A stretch of 54,066 nucleotides of DNA, from NCBI RefSeq assembly GCF_028599055.1, contig NZ_JAQRMS010000001.1:1-54066 (forward strand). Reading direction: 5' to 3'. Within the stretch, counting starts at the first letter, position 1. Each line of letters begins with the position of its first letter. The position numbers and the translations under genes were made by a program. Of the stretch, positions 40,499-51,556 are shown one piece after another. Under the pieces are notes generated by a model. It worked only from the letters and a program-made list of their open reading frames with translations. It was not told the origin of the DNA and searched no databases. Source of the DNA: Candidatus Thioglobus sp. (GTDB lineage: Bacteria; Pseudomonadota; Gammaproteobacteria; PS1; Pseudothioglobaceae).

Positions 40499-40930
40499 AT
40501 GTCAAAGGTAACAGCTAAAGATCGGATTGATCAATTGGGGGATTTTTTAATTGAGGTTTTTCACGTTGTGGGTTTGTTTGTTATTGGCGGTACGATCGTT
40601 TGGTCAGCCATTGGTGAATATTTAATCATCATGCAACATGAGTCTGGTTTTGCCTCACTCAAAGATATTTTGCTATTATTCATCTATTTAGAATTAGGTG
40701 CGATGACGGGTATTTATTTTAAAACTCATCGACTGCCAGTTATTTTCCTGATCTATATTGCGATTACAGCCATCACTAGATTCCTAGTAATTGACATGAA
40801 AGAGTTAGTTTCTACAGATAAGTTTAATGTGTTAATTATGGTTGTTGCAATTATGATATTAACCATTGCTGCAGGATTTTTAAGATTTACTGAGAAGAAA
40901 TTTGAAAATTCAAATGAGTGTTTTAAATAA
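40499..40930 (+). CDS. PsiE-family membrane protein
   Basis: DILLLFIYLELGAM.GIYFKT.RLPV.FLIYIAITA. Confidence 0.85.
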   Translation: MSKVTAKDRIDQLGDFLIEVFHVVGLFVIGGTIVWSAIGEYLIIMQHESGFASLKDILLLFIYLELGAMTGIYFKTHRLPVIFLIYIAITAITRFLVIDMKELVSTDKFNVLIMVVAIMILTIAAGFLRFTEKKFENSNECFK

Positions 40931-40936
40931 ATCTAA

Positions 40937-41884
40937 ATGGATTTAAATACTCGGGGGGTTGTTAATTATCTACTGTTACCGATCTCTGGTGTTTTCTATG
41001 CATTAAGTAGCATGCGTAGAATGCTCTATCGAATTGGGGTTTTTACGACTAATCAATTTAAAGTGCCGGTCGTGGTGGTGGGCAATATTACCGTTGGTGG
41101 CAGTGGTAAAACACCAATTGTTATAAAACTGGTCAAGCATTTTCAACAGCAAGATAAGAAAGTGGGCGTAGTATCCAGAGGCTATGGCGGTTCGCATGCA
41201 TCCGGTAGTTTGCTGGTGGATGTTGGTACGAGCGCCGGTTTATCTGGTGACGAGCCATTGTTAATCGCCATGCAAACAGGTGTGCCTGTGATGATTAATA
41301 AAGATCGTTCCAAAGCAGTCTATGATCTTATTGAGCAGTGCCAACCAGACGTTGTTATTAGTGATGATGGTTTGCAACATTACGCCATGGGTAGAGACAT
41401 TGAAATAGCAGTTGTTGATGGTAGACGTCGATTTGGCAATGGATTTTACTTGCCGGCTGGGCCGCTTAGGGAGTCACAATCACGACTTAATGAAGTGGAT
41501 TTTGTGATCAATAATGGCGCAATACAAGCAGGTGAAATTACCGCGAGACTAGAGCCTAAATTTTTTGTCAATGTATTAACAGGTGAGCAACAGCCGCTAG
41601 ATTTTTTCATTAAAAAGGTGTGTCATGGTGTGGCAGGCATTGGTCATCCACAAAGGTTTTTTGATGTGATTAAGCATCTTTGCGCTATTTTGTATCGCCA
41701 TAAATTTAAAGATCATCACCCTTATGTGGATAAGGATTTAGCATTTGATGACGAGCATCCGATTATTATGACGGCTAAGGATTGTGTAAAATGTAGTGAG
41801 TTCGCTAATGACCGTATGTGGTATTTGCATGTTGAAGTCAATTTGAGCGAAGATTTTCTGACTAAGCTAGACGCAAAATTATGA
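40937..41884 (+). CDS. lpxK: tetraacyldisaccharide 4'-kinase
   Basis: [39 protein letters not shown]. Confidence 0.95.
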   Translation: MDLNTRGVVNYLLLPISGVFYALSSMRRMLYRIGVFTTNQFKVPVVVVGNITVGGSGKTPIVIKLVKHFQQQDKKVGVVSRGYGGSHASGSLLVDVGTSAGLSGDEPLLIAMQTGVPVMINKDRSKAVYDLIEQCQPDVVISDDGLQHYAMGRDIEIAVVDGRRRFGNGFYLPAGPLRESQSRLNEVDFVINNGAIQAGEITARLEPKFFVNVLTGEQQPLDFFIKKVCHGVAGIGHPQRFFDVIKHLCAILYRHKFKDHHPYVDKDLAFDDEHPIIMTAKDCVKCSEFANDRMWYLHVEVNLSEDFLTKLDAKL

Positions 41885-42042
41885 TTGATAAAGAATTATT
41901 AAAATTATTAGTATGTCCAAAATCTAAAGCACCCCTAGAGCAAGTGGGTGATGAGCTTGTTTGTAAAACTAGCGGTTTGGCTTATCCAATTGAAGACGGC
42001 ATTCCGGTACTTTTAGAAGAAGAAGCTAGAAAGCTAGATTAG
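41881..42042 (+). CDS. ycaR: Trm112/YcaR family protein (53 aa, absent from ORF track)
   Basis: [53 protein letters not shown]; lpxK-ycaR-kdsB synteny. Confidence 0.93.
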   Translation: MIDKELLKLLVCPKSKAPLEQVGDELVCKTSGLAYPIEDGIPVLLEEEARKLD

Positions 42043-42045
42043 CTG

Positions 42046-42795
42046 ATGAGTTTTAGTGTCATCATTCCGGCTCGGTATGCATCGAGCAGATTGTCCGCAA
42101 AACTCTTAAAAGACATCCATGGCAAGCCTTTGATTCAGCTTACCTATGAAAACGCCACAAAGAGTGGTGCGTCACAAGTTGTTGTTGCTACTGATGATCA
42201 GCGTATTGCGCAAGTTTGCAAAAATTTTGGCGCTAAGGTTTGTATGACGGGTGAGCATCATACTTCTGGCACTTCAAGAATTGCAGAAGTATTAAATGAA
42301 TTAAATATTGCTGATGATGAAATTATTGTCAATGTGCAGGGTGATGAACCCATGTTGGATCCAGCAGTGATTAATCAAGTAGCTGATAATTTACACAAAA
42401 GTCAAATGCAGATGGCCACCTTGTGTGAGCCGGTGGCGGATAAAGCGCAATACCTAGATCCAAATTGCGTTAAGGTGGTATTCGATAAATTTGGCAAAGC
42501 GCTATATTTTTCTCGCGCACCCATTCCTTATTTTAGAGAGGCGCAAGATTTTGACTTGTCATTGTGCCATAAACATATTGGTATTTATGCTTATCGATCA
42601 GCATTTATTAAGCAATATTTAAAGATGGATAGTTCACGTTTGGAGCAAGTTGAAAGACTTGAGCAGCTCACCGTACTCAATGAAGGGTTTGATGTCCATG
42701 TGGAGAATGCTTGTGGCGATACCGGCTTTGGTGTAGACACACAAGATGATTTGGATAAGGTGTTGGCAGCATTAGCGCCTAACAACAAAGGTTAA
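42046..42795 (+). CDS. kdsB: 3-deoxy-manno-octulosonate cytidylyltransferase
   Basis: [33 protein letters not shown]. Confidence 0.96.
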   Translation: MSFSVIIPARYASSRLSAKLLKDIHGKPLIQLTYENATKSGASQVVVATDDQRIAQVCKNFGAKVCMTGEHHTSGTSRIAEVLNELNIADDEIIVNVQGDEPMLDPAVINQVADNLHKSQMQMATLCEPVADKAQYLDPNCVKVVFDKFGKALYFSRAPIPYFREAQDFDLSLCHKHIGIYAYRSAFIKQYLKMDSSRLEQVERLEQLTVLNEGFDVHVENACGDTGFGVDTQDDLDKVLAALAPNNKG

Positions 42796-42799
42796 AAAA

Positions 42800-43633
42800 A
42801 TGAAAATTATTGACGGTAAGAAAATTGCCCAAGATTTGCGCAATGATATTGCAAAAAAAGTTAAACAGTTTGATCGAGCGCCAGGCTTGGCGGTTATTCT
42901 AGTGGGTGATGATCCTGCTTCTGCTGTGTATGTTCGTAACAAGGATAATGCTTGCAGGGAAGTAGGTTTTTATTCAGAAAAAATTAACAAACCAGCCGAT
43001 ATCACCCAGCAGCAATTACTCGATGAGATTGAGCGTCTTAACAATGACGATAAAATTGACGGCATTTTAGTGCAACTACCTTTGCCGGAACATTTAGATG
43101 CAAATTTAGTGATTGAGACCATTTCTCCTGAAAAAGATGTAGATGGCTTTCATAGCGAGAATATTGGCAAATTGATGCAAAATAAGGCTTATTTGCGCCC
43201 ATGTACACCCAAGGGGGTAATGACCATGTTGGCCACAACAGGTATTGACTTGGTGGGTAAAAATTGTGTGGTTGTTGGCGCGTCTAATATTGTGGGTCGC
43301 CCGATGGCGATGGAGCTTTTAAATGCGCGTGCAACCGTGACCATTTGTAATAGCAAGACCACAGACTTATCAGGCAAACTTCAGCAGGCTGATGTTGTGG
43401 TGGCCGCTGTTGGCATTCCACAGATGATTCAGGGTGATTGGGTTAAGCCAGGTGCTGTTGTTATTGATGTGGGTATTAACCGCCTTGATAGTGGAAAATT
43501 AGTTGGTGATGTTGATTTTGATGCGGCGAGCGTTAATGCAGCATGGATCACGCCAGTGCCAGGCGGTGTCGGGCCGATGACAATTGCCACACTACTTGAA
43601 AACACATTAACAGCATTTGAGAATAGGAAATAA
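42800..43633 (+). CDS. folD: methylenetetrahydrofolate dehydrogenase/cyclohydrolase
   Basis: [34 protein letters not shown]. Confidence 0.97.
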   Translation: MKIIDGKKIAQDLRNDIAKKVKQFDRAPGLAVILVGDDPASAVYVRNKDNACREVGFYSEKINKPADITQQQLLDEIERLNNDDKIDGILVQLPLPEHLDANLVIETISPEKDVDGFHSENIGKLMQNKAYLRPCTPKGVMTMLATTGIDLVGKNCVVVGASNIVGRPMAMELLNARATVTICNSKTTDLSGKLQQADVVVAAVGIPQMIQGDWVKPGAVVIDVGINRLDSGKLVGDVDFDAASVNAAWITPVPGGVGPMTIATLLENTLTAFENRK

Positions 43634-43638
43634 ACAAC

Positions 43639-44013
43639 ATGAAAATTTTATTAAAAGCATTTAGAAATGGTCTAGGCGCATTAATTGCGTTAATCAGTCG
43701 ATTAATTCCGGTTAAGAAAGTAAAAAGAGATACGGATGCTCAGGCAGTCGCTGACACAAAAGCACAAACAATTGAGCTTTATCAGTTTTTCGCTTGCCCA
43801 TTTTGCATTATCATTAGACGCGTTATTAGACGGTTAAACATTAATATTGTTACTCGTAATGCACAAACTCGTGGCGGCATGTATCGTGAAGAGATGATGA
43901 AAGAAACAGGTAAAGTACAAGTGCCTTGTTTGAAAATTACTGAGAACGGCAAAGTAACCTGGATGTTTGAATCAGCTGACATTAAAGCTTACTTAGAGAA
44001 AGAATTTGGCTAG
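43639..44013 (+). CDS. glutaredoxin/GST-N-like protein
   Basis: LYQFFACPFC, GKVQVPCL, WMFESADI. Confidence 0.85.
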   Translation: MKILLKAFRNGLGALIALISRLIPVKKVKRDTDAQAVADTKAQTIELYQFFACPFCIIIRRVIRRLNINIVTRNAQTRGGMYREEMMKETGKVQVPCLKITENGKVTWMFESADIKAYLEKEFG

Positions 44014-44016
44014 TTC

Positions 44017-44355
44017 ATGATCTATGTTGAAGGCGGAACAAGTATTCAACAAAGATTAGCAAAAGATCTTTATGTTTTCTGCTCTCAAGCGTTAAACATC
44101 AAGAAACAAATTGATGTTGATCTAAAAATCAAAGTTGTTGAGCATGCTCAGGCTTGGACGGATCATGAAGGCGAGGGAAAATTCTATATCGATATTGATA
44201 AAAATCTATCAATAGATAAGTTTATCACTGCGTTTTGTCATGAGATGATTCACGTTATTCAGCATTTGCGTGACAAGCCTATCAGTGAAAAGGAAGCTTA
44301 CCAATTAGAAGCTAGTTTGGCAGAAAGCTTCAAGGTGAAGTTTAGCAATGGATAA
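44017..44355 (+). CDS. small HExxH zincin-like hypothetical protein
   Basis: FCHEMIHVIQH followed by EKEAY. Confidence 0.65.
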   Translation: MIYVEGGTSIQQRLAKDLYVFCSQALNIKKQIDVDLKIKVVEHAQAWTDHEGEGKFYIDIDKNLSIDKFITAFCHEMIHVIQHLRDKPISEKEAYQLEASLAESFKVKFSNG

Positions 44356-44724
44356 TTTATTATCCGTTTTTCTATTTGCTGTATTTGGCTTATAAATTAT
44401 TTATAACTAAAAAGCAGCGGTTAATAGATAGCCAAGCCACTGAGCTTTGTTCAAGCTGTGTTGTTTCAATGGGTTAATCCAAAGGCTTGGGTAATGATCT
44501 TTAGTGGCATTGGTGTATTTACCTCAAGTGCTGACATGCAGTCAACAACCTGGATTTTAGCCTTGAGTTTTATGATTGCCATTTTTCCATGTAATGGATC
44601 CTGGTTGTTTCTAGGATCTCAGATGAAAAAATTAATTAAAACAGATACTCACTATCGATGGTTTAATCGAATCATGGCCATCTTGTTGGTTGTCTCTGTG
44701 TTGCCTAGTGTAATAGTGTTATAG
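44348..44724 (+). pseudogene. LysE/RhtB translocator pseudogene
   Basis: MDNLLSVFLFAV then out-of-frame YLAYKL then KPLSFVQAVLFQWVNPKAW; TPGP region missing; premature stop. Confidence 0.75.
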
Positions 44725-45030
44725 ATTCTTGATATCAAACTTAATCGGCTCAGGTGCCGGTTGCACAATCTTCGGCACAAAGATAACGTTGCCATATAGT
44801 GAGTAGCCATTTTTACTGGCCATATCATTAAGCGCCAATCCCATCTCTTTGCCTTGTTCGTTGACTATCAGCATGCCATTATCAAGCTTAATCTGATCAA
44901 CAGGTCCGCCAATAAAGGTTGCTAATTCATCTTCACCAAAAGAAGGGTTGTCGTCAATCGGCTTGATGTTAATTGGGTCACCCATCGGATGATAAAGAAT
45001 GGATGCAGGCCAGTTATATTCGTCAGACAT
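44719..45030 (-). CDS. DUF3846-like hypothetical protein
   Basis: L..FIGGPVD, LIVNEQGK..GLALN..AS, LYGNVIFV pattern. Confidence 0.65.
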   Translation of the reverse strand: MSDEYNWPASILYHPMGDPINIKPIDDNPSFGEDELATFIGGPVDQIKLDNGMLIVNEQGKEMGLALNDMASKNGYSLYGNVIFVPKIVQPAPEPIKFDIKNL

Positions 45031-45035
45031 AGTTT

Positions 45036-46127
45036 TTAGTTGGGTAAAAAGTCAGTTAAGGTGGCAATGCTGGCGTTTAGTTCAGATAGGGTATTAGCAG
45101 TGATGTTAATATGTCCCAACTTTCTATCAGCACGTTCAGTTTTATCGTATAAATGCAAGTGTGCATTTGACATTTTAAGTGCCAAATCAGTTGGCCCAAT
45201 TTCACCAATGATATTAATCATGGCGCTAAACGGGTGAGCGGGTGATGTATCGCCTAGTGGCATGCCACTAATAGCACGCACATGGTTTTCAAATTGTGAT
45301 GTGTTAGCACCTTCAATGCTCCAGTGGCCAGAATTATGAACACGGGGTGCCATCTCGTTTACGACTAAACCATCTTCAGTTTCAAATAACTCAATAGTCA
45401 GCACACCAACATGATCCATTTCATCTAACAAGGTTTGCATGTAATGCTCGGCTGTTTTTTGCACTTCAGAATTAATGGCTTGTGCAGGGGCAATGGTGAG
45501 TCGTAAAATTCCATCGTGATGTGTATTTTCAACCAAAGGGTAGTATTTATGATCATTGTCAATACCGCGCACTGCAATCAAAGAAAGCTCACGCTTAAAA
45601 TTAACAAAACCTTCAAGAATGGACTCAACACCATTCATGCTTTTCCAAGCATCAGCAATTTGACTCGTTTCACGAATTAGAAATTGACCTTTGCCATCGT
45701 AGCCTTCAGTTGCTGTTTTTAAAATAGCCGGTAAGCCAATGTTATCTACCGCATCGATCAAATCTTGTTCAGAGTTAACCATTTGATATGGCGCACAAGG
45801 AATGCTTAGTTGGTCAAATAAAGCTTTTTCACGACCACGGTGTTGCGTAATAAATAGTGATTTTTCACCTGGATAAACTTGAACGTCTTTATTAATTTCT
45901 CTGACTACCTCAACATCAGTATTTTCACTTTCATAAGTAATAACATCAGCAAAGGCAACTAGTGATTCAATGTTGTCTGCATTATCTTCCAGTGCAAACA
46001 TGTGTCCAAGTAATGCAGAAGGCTCATTGTTTGAGTTTCCAGAGAAGCCAAATTGATGATTCAAAGGATAGCCTGAAATTGCCATCATTCTGCCAAGTTG
46101 GCCTGCGCCAAGTACACCAATTTTCAT
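45036..46127 (-). CDS. purK: N5-CAIR synthase
   Basis: GAGQLGRM, GYDGKGQ, NEMAPRVHNSGHWSIEG, SQFENH, RKLGH. Confidence 0.96.
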   Translation of the reverse strand: MKIGVLGAGQLGRMMAISGYPLNHQFGFSGNSNNEPSALLGHMFALEDNADNIESLVAFADVITYESENTDVEVVREINKDVQVYPGEKSLFITQHRGREKALFDQLSIPCAPYQMVNSEQDLIDAVDNIGLPAILKTATEGYDGKGQFLIRETSQIADAWKSMNGVESILEGFVNFKRELSLIAVRGIDNDHKYYPLVENTHHDGILRLTIAPAQAINSEVQKTAEHYMQTLLDEMDHVGVLTIELFETEDGLVVNEMAPRVHNSGHWSIEGANTSQFENHVRAISGMPLGDTSPAHPFSAMINIIGEIGPTDLALKMSNAHLHLYDKTERADRKLGHINITANTLSELNASIATLTDFLPN

Positions 46128-46130
46128 CGT

Positions 46131-46619
46131 TTAGCCTGCAGGGTTTGGATTATCTAAAACGTCTTGAGTTTGTTTCGCTCTAAAAGCGGCAACTTTTGCT
46201 TTGACATTATCATCATGATTGGCAATAATTTGTGCAGCTAAAATACCGGCATTCTTAGCACCTGATTCACCAATAGCAAGCGTTCCAACAGGAATACCGC
46301 CTGGCATTTGTGCGATTGATAGTAGTGAATCTTGACCGCTCAGCGCGCGCGATTGTACTGGCACACCAAGTACGGGAACAATGGTTTTGGCAGCCACCAT
46401 ACCAGGTAGATGCGCCGCACCACCTGCACCTGCAATAATTACTTTTAAGCCTCGATCTTCGGCGCTAGCAGCGTAGTCAAACATTTTGTCTGGGGTGCGA
46501 TGCGCAGAAACCACTTCAACCTCATGCGCTACGCCAAATTCTTCCAACATTTCTACTGCATTTTTCATGGTTGGCCAATCTGATTTAGACCCCATAATAA
46601 CACCAACAACTACACTCAT
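46131..46619 (-). CDS. purE: N5-CAIR mutase
   Basis: [26 protein letters not shown]; start MSVVVG. Confidence 0.97.
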   Translation of the reverse strand: MSVVVGVIMGSKSDWPTMKNAVEMLEEFGVAHEVEVVSAHRTPDKMFDYAASAEDRGLKVIIAGAGGAAHLPGMVAAKTIVPVLGVPVQSRALSGQDSLLSIAQMPGGIPVGTLAIGESGAKNAGILAAQIIANHDDNVKAKVAAFRAKQTQDVLDNPNPAG

Positions 46620-46741
46620 AGCCTTCTCCAAGGTTTGTAACTTTATGGAAATTATACTCAAATAGCATCTACATAGATAGCAATGGGATGGATATAGTCG
46701 GTTAAAATCAAGGTATTGTTTATTTTAACTAGTGACTAATT

Positions 46742-47329
46742 ATGTCAAATTCAGCCATTCAAGATCTTATTGATCAATTTAACCAAATTAAGAAAAACTT
46801 AGAAACAAATGTTGAATCCAAGCGAAAACAATTTAATTATCAATTTAGTAAAAAACGGATTACCTTTGAAAGAACTTTGCTTAAAGCTCATAAGAAGCTA
46901 AAAACAGGTTCTTTGCGCTATTTATTTGATGCCAATCCGTTAATTATCATTACCGCGCCTCTTATTTATATTTTGATTGTGCCATTACTTTTATTGGACT
47001 TATTTGTATCTTTGTATCAAGCTATTTGTTTTCCAGTTTACAAAGTGCAAAAAATTAAAAGAAGTGACTATATTGTGATTGACAGGCATAAGCTTGGTTA
47101 TCTCAATACTATTGAAAAAATCGGCTGCATGTATTGTGGTTATGCAAATGGCCTATTGAGTTATGTAGGTGAGATAGCCTCTATGACAGAGCAGTATTTT
47201 TGCCCTATAAAACATGCAAGAAGAGTGAAAAATCCACATGATCGGTATTGGGACTTTATTGATTACGGTGATGCTGATACTTATGTCAGCAATTTAAAAG
47301 AGCAGCGAAATAAAGTTAAAAAATTATAG
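46742..47329 (+). CDS. conserved hypothetical membrane-anchored Cys/His protein
   Basis: One hydrophobic segment; DRHKL.YLN.IEK.GCMYCGYANG...EQYFCPIKHA. Confidence 0.7.
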   Translation: MSNSAIQDLIDQFNQIKKNLETNVESKRKQFNYQFSKKRITFERTLLKAHKKLKTGSLRYLFDANPLIIITAPLIYILIVPLLLLDLFVSLYQAICFPVYKVQKIKRSDYIVIDRHKLGYLNTIEKIGCMYCGYANGLLSYVGEIASMTEQYFCPIKHARRVKNPHDRYWDFIDYGDADTYVSNLKEQRNKVKKL

Positions 47330-47926
47330 GAATTTTTTCTTACTATTGGTAAAGATTAAAAACAACCAGGCGCCAACACCTGTTAAAAATACATCTTTTT
47401 CAGCATCCCAAATATCACCTTGAGAACCGAGAAACATGTTGGATGCGCTGTCTTGTTCATAGATTTCTGCATACCACCATTCTAGTATTTCATAGCTGGC
47501 ACCAATGCCAATAAAAATCATAACCAGCGCAAAAGTTTCAATACGATGATTTGAAAAACTAACAACGCGATCAAATTTTTCTTTAAATGGAAGAATAATT
47601 AAAAATCCAAATGCAAAATGCACAAGTCGATCAAAATGGTTTCTTTGTAAATCTAACAGTTCTGCCACCCAAAATCCAAATGGCACTTGTGCATAGGTGT
47701 AGTGCGCGCCAATAGTTTGCAATATGCAAAAAATAAATATAAGCCAGTAGGCAGAATTAGAGAATTGATAGGACGGATAATGAAATATTAAGTAAGAAAT
47801 ACAAATAATTAAAATAATATTTTCCGCAAACCAGATATCTCGATACATCGGATTGATCGCTAAAATACCCCAAAATACTAAAAATATAATTAGCAGAGTT
47901 GGTGCAATTGATTTAGTTTTATTCAT
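47324..47926 (-). CDS. DUF2238/YjdF family membrane protein
   Basis: IGAHYTYAQVP, RNHFDRLVHF, YEILEW, FLGSQGDIWDAEKD. Confidence 0.88.
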   Translation of the reverse strand: MNKTKSIAPTLLIIFLVFWGILAINPMYRDIWFAENIILIICISYLIFHYPSYQFSNSAYWLIFIFCILQTIGAHYTYAQVPFGFWVAELLDLQRNHFDRLVHFAFGFLIILPFKEKFDRVVSFSNHRIETFALVMIFIGIGASYEILEWWYAEIYEQDSASNMFLGSQGDIWDAEKDVFLTGVGAWLFLIFTNSKKKFL

Positions 47927-48621
47927 AGTTTAAAGTCGTTGTGTAAAAAAGGCAGGTGGCCAGTATCCAATAACGATACCGATATATTTTGATTTGAGTA
48001 CCATTGTTTGATTGTATGTGGCACGAGCGTGTCACGGCTACCTAGAGTTGCTTCAATAGGAATTGATAGATGTTTAAAGTGCTCGGTTAAATCACTGGTT
48101 AATAAAATTTCCAAACCCTGATTGAGCGCGCTTGCGCTTGCTGGCAGCGTATCAATTGACTGAATTAAAGTTTTCAGCTGATTTTTATTTTGAGTTTGTA
48201 AACTAACAAAGCGCTTTAATCCTTTTGATAAATTAAGTGACAACGCATTAGAAAACTGTTGAAAATTATCAGCATTAATACCGTATTGCCAATGAGAATT
48301 CTGTACAAAGTTTGGGGTAGATGCTACAAGAATTAATTTTGATAACTTGATTTTTTTAGCCAGATTAATGGCTAGCAATCCACCCAATGACCAGCCTAAT
48401 AGAATTGGATTGTTGGGTAATAGTTTAATAATTTCATCACACCATTCATCCAGTCCTCCAGCGACATCATCACTTCTGCCATGACCAGGTAGGTCAATTT
48501 TAGTAATTCGATATTGATGTTTGTATTTTTCAATCAGACTATCGAATAAATCTGAATTAAAACCCCAACCGTGAAGCAGTACAAGATCGGGGCCGGCGCC
48601 TGTGGTTTGACTATAGAGCAT
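47923..48621 (-). CDS. bioH: pimeloyl-ACP methyl ester carboxylesterase
   Basis: LVLLHGWG, DLPGHG, GWSLGG, GHLPF; coupled to bioF. Confidence 0.9.
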   Translation of the reverse strand: MLYSQTTGAGPDLVLLHGWGFNSDLFDSLIEKYKHQYRITKIDLPGHGRSDDVAGGLDEWCDEIIKLLPNNPILLGWSLGGLLAINLAKKIKLSKLILVASTPNFVQNSHWQYGINADNFQQFSNALSLNLSKGLKRFVSLQTQNKNQLKTLIQSIDTLPASASALNQGLEILLTSDLTEHFKHLSIPIEATLGSRDTLVPHTIKQWYSNQNISVSLLDTGHLPFLHNDFKL

Positions 48622-49717
48622 TTTTAATACAAGCTAGTAGCTGTTCGATTTGACTTTGAGAGTGATTAGCATTCAGGGTGATTCTCAATCGCTCTGTGCC
48701 TTTGGGTACAGTTGGTGGGCGAATGGCACTGACATAAAATCCCTGTTCAAATAATTGTTGACTAATTTTTAGGGCTTTTTCACTATTGCCAATAATGAGT
48801 GGTTGAATGGCACTACTAGATTTGGAAATTGGCAGACCGATAGCTTCGGAAAAATTCCGGAAAAAATCAATATTGGCGAGCAATTTAGCTTTTTGCTCAC
48901 CTTGTTTGATTAAATCTAGACTTTTGAGTGTTGCTGTACAAATGGCAGGCGAGATGGCGGTGGTGTAGATGTACGGGCGCGATTTTTGGATTAAAAATTC
49001 AATAAAATCAGCGTTTCCAGCTACAAAAGCGCCCATTGTGCCTGCAGCTTTGCCTAAAGTGGCCATATAAATAGAATTTTTCGGAATATTTGGCTTAAAT
49101 ACGCCAAATCCATGCGCATCATCCTGCATTAAAATTGCATTAGAAAAATTTGAGATTTTTTGTAAATCATCGATATTTGCCTGGTCACCATCCATACTAA
49201 AGATATTGTCAGTCACAATCATGCCTTGGCCCGATTGTTTGCTAATTTTTTTATTGAGTGATTCGATATTATTGTGCAAATATCGTTGTAATGGTAAACC
49301 AATGAGTTGATTGGCATCAATGAGTGATGCGTGGTTGAGTTTGTCTTGTAATACCCAGTCTAGCTCATCTCTAAGCGCTGAAAAAACACCCAAATTAGCA
49401 CTATAGCCCGTTGAGAATAGCAAGGCTCGCTCCTGTTGCGTGTAGTCGGCTAATGCCTCTTCTAGATCGTGATGGGCACGAGAATGTCCGCTGACCAAAT
49501 GGGAAGCGCCAGAGCCGACACCAAACTTATCAACCCCTTGTTTGAATGATTCTTTAACAAGGGCGTGGTTAGCCAATGACAGGTAATCATTTGAACAAAA
49601 ATTAATCAGTGATTTTCCATTGATTATTATTTGTGTATCTTGCGCACTCTCAGACACTTTTCTTGATCGATAAAGATGGCTTTTTTTAATGGCTAATAAT
49701 TTTTCTGAAAAATTCAT
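48611..49717 (-). CDS. bioF: 8-amino-7-oxononanoate synthase
   Basis: FCSNDYL, DKLNHASLID, DDAHG, TLGKA, IRPPTVP. Confidence 0.96.
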   Translation of the reverse strand: MNFSEKLLAIKKSHLYRSRKVSESAQDTQIIINGKSLINFCSNDYLSLANHALVKESFKQGVDKFGVGSGASHLVSGHSRAHHDLEEALADYTQQERALLFSTGYSANLGVFSALRDELDWVLQDKLNHASLIDANQLIGLPLQRYLHNNIESLNKKISKQSGQGMIVTDNIFSMDGDQANIDDLQKISNFSNAILMQDDAHGFGVFKPNIPKNSIYMATLGKAAGTMGAFVAGNADFIEFLIQKSRPYIYTTAISPAICTATLKSLDLIKQGEQKAKLLANIDFFRNFSEAIGLPISKSSSAIQPLIIGNSEKALKISQQLFEQGFYVSAIRPPTVPKGTERLRITLNANHSQSQIEQLLACIKNAL

Positions 49718-49795
49718 AAGCCTTATTTTAATATTTATTTGTTCGTTGCATGAGTGTAGAATTAACTTATTCTTTGGTAAATCTTGCTGATCACT

Positions 49796-51115
49796 ATGAA
49801 AAAGATAAGGCTATTTTTCATCATGCTGTTTTCATCAGTCACTTTTGCTAATGCGCCACCTTCAGACGATTACCTGCTTGGATATTTTTCATCTAAGGCG
49901 AAGCCGTTAATCACTACAAGCAGTCTGAATGAAATGATTGAGTTAATGGGTGATCGTCAATTGGTAATGCTGGGAGAATCATCGCATGGCAGTGCAGAGT
50001 TTTACGCTAAGCGTCTGGAAATTACCAAGCGTCTAATCCGTGAAAAGAAATTTAATTTTATTGTTGTGGAGGGTGATTGGGCTTCAATTGCTCGTTTAAA
50101 TCAATATGTTAAAAATACCTCAAATTCTTTATCATCGGCTAGAGAGGTTTTGCACACTTTTAACCGTTGGCCAGAGTGGATGTGGAAAAATAGTTATATT
50201 GAAAATCTTGCCGAGTGGCTAAGAAAATATAACTTCAATTTGCCTGATCATGAAAAAGTGGGTATTTATGGCATGGATGTATACGAACAACAGGATGCTA
50301 TTGACGGGCTGTTGGTATTTATCGATCAGTATTTTCCTTATTATTACACCCAAGTTAATCAAAATCTTAAGTGCTTTACCAGGAGGTATCGCCAATATTG
50401 GGAGCAAAACATAGCACGTGGCGATTTTTCATGTCAACAGGGTTTGACTGCTGTTGCTAATCTTCTGCATTATCTTGTTGCGACTAATAACACTTTTAAA
50501 GAAATTGATTTTTTTCAGGCTGAGCAAAATGCACTAATTGTTAAAAATGCCGAATCTTTTTACCGTTTAAGTGATCTTGATAAAAATACCGACTCCTGGA
50601 ATAGTCGAGCCGACCACATGTGGTTATCAATCAAGCGATTGCTAGCTTTGCACGGCGATCAATCTAAGGGTATTATTTGGGCACATAATACACATGTGGG
50701 CGATGCACGAGCTACGCCCATGTATTCAAGTGGTTTAAATAATATTGGTCATTTGAGCAGAGCCGAATTTGGAGAACGCCGAGTGTTTATTCTAGGGTTT
50801 GGCACGAATCAAGGGAAAGTGTCTGCGGCACATAGTTGGGGTGAGCCCATGCAAGTAATGACTGTTCCTATTGGTGCTGATGGGAGTTATGAGCAAATAT
50901 TAAGTCAGATCAACAAACCTAGTTTTTACTTATTGTTTAACAACAGAGATCGGGCAAATTTATTGCTTAACCAATATCGTCAACACCGAGCTATTGGCGT
51001 TGTTTACGATCCAGACCATGAAAAGTCAAAACACTATGTGCCCAGTATTTTGCCGAGACGTTACGATGGTTTTATCTTTATAAACAACACCACTGAATTG
51101 AAAGAGTTGGATTAA
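49796..51115 (+). CDS. erythromycin esterase-family protein, signal peptide
   Basis: LGESSHG, VEGDW, F.RWP.WMW.N, WNSR..HM, WAHNTHVGDARAT, RAIGVVY. Confidence 0.88.
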   Translation: MKKIRLFFIMLFSSVTFANAPPSDDYLLGYFSSKAKPLITTSSLNEMIELMGDRQLVMLGESSHGSAEFYAKRLEITKRLIREKKFNFIVVEGDWASIARLNQYVKNTSNSLSSAREVLHTFNRWPEWMWKNSYIENLAEWLRKYNFNLPDHEKVGIYGMDVYEQQDAIDGLLVFIDQYFPYYYTQVNQNLKCFTRRYRQYWEQNIARGDFSCQQGLTAVANLLHYLVATNNTFKEIDFFQAEQNALIVKNAESFYRLSDLDKNTDSWNSRADHMWLSIKRLLALHGDQSKGIIWAHNTHVGDARATPMYSSGLNNIGHLSRAEFGERRVFILGFGTNQGKVSAAHSWGEPMQVMTVPIGADGSYEQILSQINKPSFYLLFNNRDRANLLLNQYRQHRAIGVVYDPDHEKSKHYVPSILPRRYDGFIFINNTTELKELD

Positions 51116-51175
51116 CTTAAATACTGTTTTAAGTCTCGCTTAAAATAACAACTTAATTATTATTATCTAAGCGCC

Positions 51176-51496
51176 ATGAAAAAGACATTTAGCTTTTCCC
51201 ATCCTAAAAAACAAAGACCTAGAGTGGCAGATGCCATTAAGCATGAGTTAAAAAAATATATTAAGCGCGAGCGTAATAAAAAACTACCCGATGATATGGA
51301 TTTTTGGGATTTTGATTGTCGTTTTGGTGCAGATGAAGCCTCTGCTGGCATGATTCATGTGTCAGAAATTAACAAGGTTATTGCAGAGGCGCATGATGAA
51401 GGCCTAGATACATTTTATCTAGAGGTGTTAGCCAAACCCGCCAAAAGAACTAAAAAGCCAGAATCAGAAAAAGAGCCTGAAAGCTTTTTAGAGTAA
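51176..51496 (+). CDS. DUF6172-like hypothetical protein
   Basis: KHELKKYIKRER.KKLP..DFWDFDCRFG...FYLEVLAKP. Confidence 0.75.
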   Translation: MKKTFSFSHPKKQRPRVADAIKHELKKYIKRERNKKLPDDMDFWDFDCRFGADEASAGMIHVSEINKVIAEAHDEGLDTFYLEVLAKPAKRTKKPESEKEPESFLE

Positions 51497-51505
51497 TTTG
51501 AATTG

Positions 51506-51537
51506 AAAAAAATACCGCTAATTTATCGGTATTTTTT
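51506..51537. terminator. bidirectional terminator
   Basis: AAAAAAATACCGCTAA-T-TTATCGGTATTTTTT between convergent genes. Confidence 0.75.
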
Positions 51538-51556
51538 ACTTGAATCTTTAAGTTTT

